A DNA stretch of 24,000 bases from the sequence record MZ634349.1; one strand, 5' to 3'. Positions 14,395 to 21,300 of this stretch are shown here, in pieces. The position numbers and the translations under genes are program-made. The DNA is from Klebsiella phage PWKp18. The stretch's first letter is position 1. Each line of letters opens with the position of its first letter. The notes beneath the pieces are model-generated. The model saw only the letters and a list, made by a program, of their open reading frames with translations. It did not search any database and was not told the origin of the DNA.

Positions 14395-14558
14395 ATCGGA
14401 TATACGCTTTCTTCTGGATGATTATTTGTATCGTTCTGTGTACTATGTTCTTTGCTGGTGCCTGGGTTCCTACATCAGCTCAAGTTGGGTTCATGGTCTG
14501 TTGGTTTGTTTTAGCTGCGGTAATTGACTTTTTAAAGGCCTGCACCTCCAATGATTAA
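14391..14558 (+). CDS. Predicted membrane protein (55 aa), GTG start
   Basis: GTGA overlap; MNRIYAFFWMIICIVLCTMFFAGAWVPTSAQVGFMVCWFVLAAVIDFLKACTSND. Confidence 0.6.
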   Translation: MNRIYAFFWMIICIVLCTMFFAGAWVPTSAQVGFMVCWFVLAAVIDFLKACTSND

Positions 14559-14691
14559 GAAAATTTTCTTAGCCATCCTCGTGATGGCTATTCTTGCTTT
14601 AGCGATGTACTATGGTATGATATATGGAGTAGTTTATATTGTGCTTTTCATTTCTGATGTTATAGTGCATCTCGGTTCATTTATTTGGTAG
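14551..14691 (+). CDS. Predicted membrane micro-protein (46 aa), not in supplied track
   Basis: ATG 14551 overlapping previous stop; MIKKIFLAILVMAILALAMYYGMIYGVVYIVLFISDVIVHLGSFIW. Confidence 0.55.
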   Translation: MIKKIFLAILVMAILALAMYYGMIYGVVYIVLFISDVIVHLGSFIW

Positions 14692-14696
14692 GTACT

Positions 14697-16061
14697 ATGT
14701 CTGATATTTTTGATATGATGACAAAACAAGCTAGTGATACTTTTAATGTTCGTAGCTTAGAAAGTATAATTAATAACGAAGCTCTTGCGTATGCCATGTA
14801 TACTGTAGAGAATCGTGCAATTCCAAACATGATTGATGGCTTTAAGCCGGTTCAACGTTTTGTTATTGCTCGTACTTTGATGCTTGGCAAGAGTGATAAA
14901 AATAAATTCCATAAGCTGGCCTCTATTGCAGGCGGTGTAGCTGACCTTGGATACCACCATGGTGAAGGTTCTGCACAAGAAACTGGCGCACTGATGGCTA
15001 ACGACTGGAATAACAATGTTCCGTTCTTAGATGGCCAAGGTAACTTTGGTTCTCGGTTGGTTCAAGAAGCTGGCGCATCTCGTTATATCTTTGCACGTAT
15101 TTCAGACAATTTCTATAAACTGTACAAGGATACAGAATATGCTCCAGCTCATAAAGACGATGAGCATGTCCCGGTTGCTTATTATCTGCCTATTATTCCT
15201 ACTGTTCTTCTTAATGGTATTTCCGGTATTGCGACTGGTTATGCTACTGATATTCTGCCTCATAGCATTTCTTCTGTTAAGAAAAGTGTTATCCAAGCTC
15301 TCGAAGGTAAGAAGATTTCTGAGCCGAAGGTAAGCTTTCCGCAGTTTAAAGGAAAGATAATTCCTGTTGACGGCGCATTTGAACTTCACGGAATATACGA
15401 AATGAAATCTCGTAATGTAATGTACATCTCTGAGATTCCGTATAAGTATGATCGTGCATCTTATGTTAAAATCCTCGATGCTTTAGAAGATAAAGGGTTC
15501 ATTACATATGATGATGACTGCGGTAAGCACGGGTTTGGGTTCAAAGTTAAATTCCGTAAAGAATATGTCTTAGGCGAAACTGAAGAAGAACGACATGAAA
15601 AAATCATGAAGGACTTCAAATTAATCGAACGGCGTTCTCAGAACATCACAGTTATCAATCATGCTGGTAAGTTGAAGGAATATAAATGCGCCGCCGATTT
15701 GATTCGTGACTTTGTAGAAGTTCGTAAGGTTTTCGTTCAGAAACGTATCGACCTTAAAATCTGCGAAACCGAAGAGGCTTTCAAACTGGCCTTAGCTAAA
15801 GAAAAGTTCATTAAGAAGGTTATTGACGGCGATATCACTATTGCCGGTAAGACCAGAGCCAAACTGGTCGAAGAAGTTAAAGAATTCGACGAACTAGCAG
15901 ATTATGCTGAAAAACTTGTAAGCATGAACATTTATCATATTACTAGTGATGAAGCCAAGAAGCTAGCCGAAGAAGCTCGTACTAAGCGTGATGAACATGA
16001 ATATTGGAAACAGACTGATGTTCAAACTGAATATCTTAAAGACCTCGAGGAAATCAAATGA
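14697..16061 (+). CDS. 52: DNA topoisomerase II medium subunit (gp52)
   Basis: SIINNEALAYAMYTVENRAIPNMIDGFKPVQRFVIART, GGVADLGYHHGE, GQGNFGSR...ASRYIFAR, PTVLLNGISGIATGYAT, TDVQTEYLKDLEEIK. Confidence 0.97.
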   Translation: MSDIFDMMTKQASDTFNVRSLESIINNEALAYAMYTVENRAIPNMIDGFKPVQRFVIARTLMLGKSDKNKFHKLASIAGGVADLGYHHGEGSAQETGALMANDWNNNVPFLDGQGNFGSRLVQEAGASRYIFARISDNFYKLYKDTEYAPAHKDDEHVPVAYYLPIIPTVLLNGISGIATGYATDILPHSISSVKKSVIQALEGKKISEPKVSFPQFKGKIIPVDGAFELHGIYEMKSRNVMYISEIPYKYDRASYVKILDALEDKGFITYDDDCGKHGFGFKVKFRKEYVLGETEEERHEKIMKDFKLIERRSQNITVINHAGKLKEYKCAADLIRDFVEVRKVFVQKRIDLKICETEEAFKLALAKEKFIKKVIDGDITIAGKTRAKLVEEVKEFDELADYAEKLVSMNIYHITSDEAKKLAEEARTKRDEHEYWKQTDVQTEYLKDLEEIK

Positions 16062-16237
16062 AATTTAGCTTAGCTTTTATTATCGGTTTAGTAGCTTTTC
16101 TAATTAACCTGTCAGGCGGCATGGTCTGGTCTACTGCTGCTTTATGGGGAATTGCCTTCTGGATCGGCAGCGCAGTTGTTATCTGGATTCTGGTTATCAT
16201 TCTGGTAGCTATCGGTGCTGTTTTAGCCACCAGATGA
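16058..16237 (+). CDS. Predicted membrane protein (59 aa), not in supplied track
   Basis: ATGA overlap with gene 52 stop; MKFSLAFIIGLVAFLINLSGGMVWSTAALWGIAFWIGSAVVIWILVIILVAIGAVLATR. Confidence 0.6.
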   Translation: MKFSLAFIIGLVAFLINLSGGMVWSTAALWGIAFWIGSAVVIWILVIILVAIGAVLATR

Positions 16238-16314
16238 TTACACTACATGGGCTGTTCGTAGGAATGGTCTTTTCTTTGGTGGTAATCACTTTGATTATCG
16301 ACTATACCTTCTAA
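16234..16314 (+). CDS. Hydrophobic micro-peptide (26 aa)
   Basis: ATGA overlap; MITLHGLFVGMVFSLVVITLIIDYTF. Confidence 0.4.
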   Translation: MITLHGLFVGMVFSLVVITLIIDYTF

Positions 16315-16316
16315 GT

Positions 16317-16344
16317 GGTCGCCTGGGCGTTCTGTTCAGGCACC
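16317..16344 (+). terminator. Possible weak terminator / hairpin at operon end
   Basis: GGT(c)GCCTG - 11-nt loop - CAGGCACC followed by CTTTAT. Confidence 0.3.
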
Positions 16345-16420
16345 CTTTATGTTTCATCATCCTTCCTTTAAAAGTCTCCCTAGGCAATTCCTGCCAACCT
16401 AAAAAATTTTAAATCAACCA

Positions 16421-16450
16421 GTTTACTTTGCTTTCAAGATAAGTTATAGT
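16421..16450 (+). promoter_or_regulatory. Putative early promoter
   Basis: GTTTAC (16421-16426), 18 nt, TATAGT (16445-16450). Spacer also contains a TTTGCTTTC MotA-box-like string. Confidence 0.65.
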
Positions 16451-16488
16451 ACTCCTACACCAACAAAACGTTGAATCGGAGAAACAAA

Positions 16489-17136
16489 ATGAACCTTATC
16501 GAACGCGTAGCTTCTAAAGCCTTTTATCGTAACGGCATTTTCTATCATTCTCTTGAATCAGCTCAAGGATTCTTTGAAGCTAAGTGTAAGCAGCATGGTC
16601 TTGAAGATTGGCACTTCATGGTTGTATCTTCTACAAAGAAAACTAACATCGGGTACTGCTCTTATTACAAGCGCCGTATAGCTATCCAAGCTCGTTATTT
16701 CTACGCAATGTCAGGAGCTCAAGTTGAAGAAACTATCCTCCATGAATTAGCGCATGCGCTGACTAAAGGCCATAACCATGACGCGGTGTGGAGAGCTAAA
16801 GCCATTGAACTGGGTGACACTCATGCTCGTGCTACAACTCCTATTCGTACCGGTGTAGGCTTCATGGAAGAATGGATGATTAATCACGGAACCCGATATG
16901 AAACCGAATTTGATGCAGTAGCTTTTACTTCTAAAGAGTTACCTCGTTCTAAGAAACCAAGTTCTCCTAACTTCGGCGGTGAAAAGAAACGGGTTGCTAA
17001 GCCTACTCGCAAAGCAATGGCTATCTACAACCAAGCTAATGCTCCTACACGTAGCGATTTCATTGAGCAGTTCATGGGTCTCGGCTACAAGTTTGACTAT
17101 GCGGTAGTTCAGTGGAAACTTTGCAAAAAGATGTGA
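16489..17136 (+). CDS. SprT-like zinc metalloprotease-domain protein (215 aa)
   Basis: EETILHELAHALTKGHNHDAVWRAKAIELG (HExxH plus downstream H), as in SprT-like domains. ATG 16489 with GGAG RBS. Confidence 0.8.
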   Translation: MNLIERVASKAFYRNGIFYHSLESAQGFFEAKCKQHGLEDWHFMVVSSTKKTNIGYCSYYKRRIAIQARYFYAMSGAQVEETILHELAHALTKGHNHDAVWRAKAIELGDTHARATTPIRTGVGFMEEWMINHGTRYETEFDAVAFTSKELPRSKKPSSPNFGGEKKRVAKPTRKAMAIYNQANAPTRSDFIEQFMGLGYKFDYAVVQWKLCKKM

Positions 17137-17143
17137 TTTAGGT

Positions 17144-17172
17144 GTTTACTTCTGCTTCAAACGTGTTATTAT
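17144..17172 (+). promoter_or_regulatory. Putative early promoter for motA
   Basis: GTTTAC (17144-17149), 17 nt, TATTAT (17167-17172), 39 nt before the motA ATG. Confidence 0.7.
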
Positions 17173-17210
17173 AGACCTATCAAAACAAATGAATGAATTG
17201 GAGAAATAAA

Positions 17211-17843
17211 ATGTCTAAAGTTACTTACATCATCAAAGCTTCTAATGACGTTCTGAACGAAAAAACTGCATCAATTCTGGTTCAGGTTATCAAAAACAAC
17301 TACATCACTTCTGCAGAAATTCGTGACCTTTTGTCTGAAACTATGAATGCTTCTTCAGTGAACTCCAACATCGGTGTTCTTCTGAAGAAAGGCTTAATCG
17401 AAAAATCTGAAGATGGACTGATTGCTACCGGTGAAGCAATGGATATCATCCAGGCTGCGGCAGTTCTTCACGCTGAAGAAAATAAGCCAGAGCTTCTCCA
17501 GAAACGCAGAACTCGTAGTGCTCGTGGTGTTACTGAAGAAATGACTAAACTGGCTGAAGAAGTTAAAACTATTCTCGAAGCCCGTGTTGATCTCAAAGGT
17601 ATCATCGAAAACCGTAGCAACTTAGAAGTTCAGTTGGTTAAGCGTACTAACGGCGTTCGTCAAATCGAAATCCGCCGTGATGGCTCACTTCGTGTCTTTG
17701 GTTATAACATGGCCGAGTCTGAGACTAAAGTGTTCACTTCTTTAAGTTCGGATGTTAAGGTCAAAGTGGGTGGCAAAAACACTTACATCGATTTCCCAAA
17801 CATTACTTCTGAAATGGCTTCAATCATCGCTAACGTATTCTGA
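17211..17843 (+). CDS. motA: MotA middle-promoter transcription factor
   Basis: MSKVTYIIKASNDVLNEKTA, VNSNIGVLLKKGLIEKSEDGLIATGEAMDII, KRTNGVRQIEI, LRVFGYNM; 210 aa. Confidence 0.97.
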   Translation: MSKVTYIIKASNDVLNEKTASILVQVIKNNYITSAEIRDLLSETMNASSVNSNIGVLLKKGLIEKSEDGLIATGEAMDIIQAAAVLHAEENKPELLQKRRTRSARGVTEEMTKLAEEVKTILEARVDLKGIIENRSNLEVQLVKRTNGVRQIEIRRDGSLRVFGYNMAESETKVFTSLSSDVKVKVGGKNTYIDFPNITSEMASIIANVF

Positions 17844-17850
17844 GGAAAAT

Positions 17851-18036
17851 ATGAAAAATCTTTATGAAGTAACCTTTTATAAAGGCGACAATGTTTTACC
17901 TAACACGTATAATATTCCGGCAGAAACCGAACAGGACGCTTTAGTTCGGTTAGGACAAATATACGGTGATGATAAAACTTATCGCGAAGACCTGGAAATA
18001 AAAGTGGTTGGCATCCGTTTAGTAATGAGAGGTTAA
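17851..18036 (+). CDS. Hypothetical protein (61 aa)
   Basis: GAGG RBS and in-frame ATG 17851; MKNLYEVTFYKGDNVLPNTYNIPAETEQDALVRLG. Confidence 0.65.
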   Translation: MKNLYEVTFYKGDNVLPNTYNIPAETEQDALVRLGQIYGDDKTYREDLEIKVVGIRLVMRG

Positions 18037-18037
18037 T

Positions 18038-18361
18038 ATGAACAAGTTAGAAATCATCAATGAACTTCGTAAGTGTGCTGAGCCAACTCAAGCTGGCTGG
18101 GATGTATGGTACCACGGTGCTTATCTAGGCACTATCGTTAAGGTTAAAGCCGGACAGTATGGCATTTTACGCGATGATGATGCGGCGCCGTTAGGCTTCA
18201 GAACTAACTTCATGGCTGCTATTTCTTCTTATGTTGAAGCCGCTAATAAGGTTCGTATTGCAGATTACATCGAACTTCAAACGGCTCAACCTGTTATTCG
18301 CCAGATTGGTGAAGCACCTAAGAAAAGTATCTGGCAGAAGATTAAAGGATTCTTTAAATGA
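18038..18361 (+). CDS. Hypothetical protein (107 aa)
   Basis: Good RBS (AGAGG) and operon packing. Confidence 0.65.
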   Translation: MNKLEIINELRKCAEPTQAGWDVWYHGAYLGTIVKVKAGQYGILRDDDAAPLGFRTNFMAAISSYVEAANKVRIADYIELQTAQPVIRQIGEAPKKSIWQKIKGFFK

Positions 18362-18537
18362 GTGAACAAGAGATTAATGATCTGATTATGGGCCTGGTAA
18401 AGGATATTAATACCAGAGCCTTGCATAAGTACCAAGTAGGCGACTCTTGGACAATGGCTGATTGTAAACTAGGTGCAGACCACGGTCGCTATGTCATTAG
18501 AGTCCTTAATGAAAAACTAACTAACGAGGTCAAATAA
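18358..18537 (+). CDS. Hypothetical protein (59 aa), not in supplied track
   Basis: ATGA overlap; MSEQEINDLIMGLVKDINTRALHKYQVGDSWTMADCKLGADHGRYVIRVLNEKLTNEVK. Confidence 0.6.
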   Translation: MSEQEINDLIMGLVKDINTRALHKYQVGDSWTMADCKLGADHGRYVIRVLNEKLTNEVK

Positions 18538-18741
18538 ATGAGAGTACTGATGACCTCTAGTGAATACTTTAATTCGCTAAACCGTTCAGAAAAGGCTCAA
18601 ATTAAACGGTTTATAACTGAGCTTGGATATGTCGAAGCACATATGCTGAGCATGCACATCCAAGAATGCGGCCTTGCAAAACGGTTTAACATTTCAACCA
18701 GATGCTTAAAAGAGGTTATCAAACATTATGCTTCCATTTAA
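18538..18741 (+). CDS. Hypothetical protein (67 aa)
   Basis: Abuts previous TAA (TAAATG). Confidence 0.55.
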   Translation: MRVLMTSSEYFNSLNRSEKAQIKRFITELGYVEAHMLSMHIQECGLAKRFNISTRCLKEVIKHYASI

Positions 18742-19189
18742 AGAGCGCTTAGCATTGTTAGACGAAGCCTTAGCTCGCGAAACCCCCGAGAGTCTAGCTA
18801 AAAAATTGGCCTCTTATGGCGGCGAATATACAGAGCAAAATGTTCTGGACGAAGTACCTGAAATCTGTTGGGAAACTGCGTATTGGTACGAAGACCGTAA
18901 GTTCCAACGTCGAATTGTTTCAGCAGCTAATCGATTCAAATTGAAAGATGGCGGAACTTTAGTTATTCCGGGCGCGCGTCATTATTCTAAGTGTATGGCA
19001 GCTGTGTTGGATGTGGTTTCTGATAAATTAGTTTCAGACCAGGCCGTTGGCGATGACCAAGGCTTCATCGATCAATACAGCAACTATTGGACCCGCAAAG
19101 AAGCTATGATTATTGCCACATATGCTAATCAGGTGCGTATTGAGCGTGGTGGCCCGGCTGATGAATTATACTCAGAGGACCTTTATTAA
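18728..19189 (+). CDS. Hypothetical protein (153 aa)
   Basis: Long ORF consistent with operon; overlaps previous ORF by 14 nt. Confidence 0.65.
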   Translation: MLPFKERLALLDEALARETPESLAKKLASYGGEYTEQNVLDEVPEICWETAYWYEDRKFQRRIVSAANRFKLKDGGTLVIPGARHYSKCMAAVLDVVSDKLVSDQAVGDDQGFIDQYSNYWTRKEAMIIATYANQVRIERGGPADELYSEDLY

Positions 19190-19305
19190 TGAATAACCTG
19201 GTAGCGAAGAACGACTTTAACAAGGGCGGTGCTCATAAGGACAAAAAGCGCGCTGCTAAAGATTCCAAACGTAAACAAAAACATAAAGGTAAAGATAATG
19301 ATTAG
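19189..19305 (+). CDS. Very basic 38-aa protein, not in supplied track
   Basis: TAATG junction; [38 protein letters not shown]. Confidence 0.6.
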   Translation: MNNLVAKNDFNKGGAHKDKKRAAKDSKRKQKHKGKDND

Positions 19306-19558
19306 AGACCGTAAACAAGTAGAAATGGTTATCTACGAAAGCGAAATCTTGGCCCGCTTATCTACTGCCAATAAAAGCATTTATTCTGACCTCATCGGCG
19401 AAATTTCTACAGATCTGATGTGGGGTCAGAATGATGATATACTTAAGCATGATGAAGGCGGTACATTTATCGTCATCCCGGTTAACCGCTCGGTAAGCGA
19501 ACTTATCGAAGTTATTGATGAGATTATTTCTGAATATGATTTAGAGGATTATTTTTAA
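19298..19558 (+). CDS. Hypothetical protein (86 aa)
   Basis: ATG 19298 (MIRDRKQVEMVIYESEILARL...) overlapping previous ORF. Confidence 0.65.
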   Translation: MIRDRKQVEMVIYESEILARLSTANKSIYSDLIGEISTDLMWGQNDDILKHDEGGTFIVIPVNRSVSELIEVIDEIISEYDLEDYF

Positions 19559-19863
19559 TGAATGTAGCCTATGAACAACTTGAACGTGAACGTGAAGCCT
19601 ATGACTTGTTCGAATACTTGATGTCGAGTATCGTAGAAGAATTCCGTGTAGATATCAAGTTCTACAGGAGCAACGAAGCTGAACCTAAATTCAAGCTTAA
19701 TCATGCACTTAAGGCTGACTTCAATAGTGAACCAGGCGGCGTCAGGCTAACCCAGGCTCATCAGACTTATACATTGCACGGCCCTTCTCGTAGTGTAGTT
19801 TTTGATGCTCTGAATCGAGTCAAAAAGATAAGCCAAAAACACGGGTTTACAATGGTAGTGTAA
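19558..19863 (+). CDS. Hypothetical protein (101 aa)
   Basis: TAATG junction. Confidence 0.65.
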   Translation: MNVAYEQLEREREAYDLFEYLMSSIVEEFRVDIKFYRSNEAEPKFKLNHALKADFNSEPGGVRLTQAHQTYTLHGPSRSVVFDALNRVKKISQKHGFTMVV

Positions 19864-19874
19864 CAAGGTATAGT
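19845..19874 (+). promoter_or_regulatory. Putative early promoter for asiA
   Basis: GTTTAC (19845-19850), 18 nt, TATAGT (19869-19874); GGTATA (19867-19872)/TATACC (19880-19885) dyad overlaps the -10. Confidence 0.65.
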
Positions 19875-19916
19875 ATTCGTATACCAAAACAAGTGAGATG
19901 TCTGTTAAGGAATAGT

Positions 19917-20189
19917 ATGTCTAAGTTTGAAATAGTTTCTGAAATTATTACTATGGCTTCATTACTGATTAAATTTCAACGTGAAGATATTTTAGAAAAT
20001 CGTGAAGGGTTTATTGCATTTTTAAATGAATGTGGGATTAGAAATGAATTCGGAAGGGAATTAAACTCGGCTAATTTCCGTAAGATGGTAGCCGAGTTAT
20101 CTGATGACGAAAAGAAACAGCTGATTCAAGAATTTAACGTAGGTCATGAAAGCGTATACCGCCATATGGAAATGTACGCTAACAATTAA
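19917..20189 (+). CDS. asiA: AsiA anti-sigma70 / co-activator
   Basis: 90 aa as in T4; VSEIITMASLLIKFQREDILENREGFIAFLNECG, NSANFRKMVAELSDDEKKQLIQEFNVGHESVYRHMEMYANN. Confidence 0.96.
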   Translation: MSKFEIVSEIITMASLLIKFQREDILENREGFIAFLNECGIRNEFGRELNSANFRKMVAELSDDEKKQLIQEFNVGHESVYRHMEMYANN

Positions 20190-20846
20190 TCACTTACTCC
20201 TTCCTAAAGCTCTTACAGCCTGTCCGCATATTGATGACAAACGATCTTCTGATATAGTTGGTCGTTTGCCATACCAATACATCTCAACAGCCCCAGAATA
20301 AATGTTATCCAAGTTAAAATACGGACAAGAAAACATATAAGTCACTTCTTCGGGCTTCTTCTTAGTTGGTAAGAAGACAAATTCATTCTCACTCCAATAG
20401 TTTCTTCCGGACAAGTGTGTAGTATATTCCGGCGTTGTTTTATCTATAGGATACCCACCTAAGTTTTTAGGATCTACTGTGCTTGGTAATTTTCCTTCAA
20501 AAGCTATTAAATCTACAAAATAGTTTAAGTTCTTTGGTCTGAAATTAAATACTGCACTAAAATCAGCACCACTAGATACATGAACTATTTGAAGTTGCTC
20601 GAGCGCTGTGTTCTCAAATTTAAGCTCTTGAGTTTTTACTAGAATCTCGTTATAACTTTCATACGAACTCTTTACGTATGCGTTAGCTATAGCATCGGAT
20701 TTATACCAAATAAAAGTAAGCCCAAATAAGATTACAACTACTATAACTCTGGAAAACAAAAGCTTTCCAGAGGCGTTATCTTTAAACAAGCGGTCGAGCA
20801 CTCCAAATAGAATATCCGATATAGGTATAGATATTTTATTGGCCAT
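20190..20846 (-). CDS. t: T4-type holin (t)
   Basis: 218 aa; PISDILFGVLDRLFKDNASGKLLFSRV, ALEQLQIVHVSSGADFSAVFNFRPKNLNYFVDLIAFEGKLPST, YMFSCPYFNLDNIYSG. Confidence 0.97.
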   Translation of the reverse strand: MANKISIPISDILFGVLDRLFKDNASGKLLFSRVIVVVILFGLTFIWYKSDAIANAYVKSSYESYNEILVKTQELKFENTALEQLQIVHVSSGADFSAVFNFRPKNLNYFVDLIAFEGKLPSTVDPKNLGGYPIDKTTPEYTTHLSGRNYWSENEFVFLPTKKKPEEVTYMFSCPYFNLDNIYSGAVEMYWYGKRPTISEDRLSSICGQAVRALGRSK

Positions 20847-20862
20847 GTGCCCTCCTCACTTA

Positions 20863-20870
20863 TATTTATA
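20863..20870 (-). promoter_or_regulatory. T4-type late promoter upstream of t
   Basis: Minus strand TATAAATA (reads TATTTATA on +), 16 nt from the ATG, with GAGGAGGG RBS; overlaps the stop codon of the upstream gene. Confidence 0.75.
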
Positions 20871-21267
20871 GGGCTTCTAACTCTGCTTTAAGCTTCATCA
20901 GGTCTGCCAAGATGTCATCTTTAGATCTGGTCTTATCTTTTTGCTCTATAATTATTTCTTCAACTTTATCGTTTTCAAATTTAAACTGTCTAGAACTAAA
21001 GTCATCCCAATCTTTAGCAGGGAACTCGTCTAGTTGATAGATGTCTAAAACAATATTAGAATCGCCATACAGCCCAATCATAGAAATATCAGGGCCACAG
21101 TAGTAATTAATTATTTTTCTTGTAGGTTTATCTACAAGAATTACCGGCTTATTTGGTACAAAGTTCTTGCGGAGTTTATACCAACATTCGCCATTCTCAT
21201 CTTTATAATAAGCCCCGCCATCAAGATTATGAGACCAATTAACATTAAGTGCTTTATTTAAAATCAT
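20866..21267 (-). CDS. Tail fibre assembly / chaperone-like protein (133 aa)
   Basis: Follows the tail-fibre gene; C-terminal KDKTRSKDDILADLMKLKAELEAL typical of Tfa-like proteins. Start corrected to ATG 21267 with AGAGG RBS. Confidence 0.65.
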   Translation of the reverse strand: MILNKALNVNWSHNLDGGAYYKDENGECWYKLRKNFVPNKPVILVDKPTRKIINYYCGPDISMIGLYGDSNIVLDIYQLDEFPAKDWDDFSSRQFKFENDKVEEIIIEQKDKTRSKDDILADLMKLKAELEAL

Positions 21268-21279
21268 AATTCCTCTATT

Positions 21280-21295
21280 AGGGCCCGAAGGCCCT
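21280..21295 (-). promoter_or_regulatory. Intercistronic C(TTCG)G hairpin on minus strand
   Basis: Minus strand AGGGCC-TTCG-GGCCCT between the tail-fibre stop and the Tfa-like ATG. Confidence 0.65.
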
Positions 21296-21300
21296 TTCAA

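Noticed and set aside
15031-15333. 100-aa + strand ORF inside gene 52 in another frame
   Set aside because: Gene 52 is highly conserved here; the alternative frame reads as hydrophobic out-of-frame noise, not a real membrane protein.
16234-16314. 26-aa peptide as a homologue of T4 Stp (also 26 aa)
   Set aside because: Length matches, but the sequence is hydrophobic and does not resemble Stp; equating them would be based on size alone.
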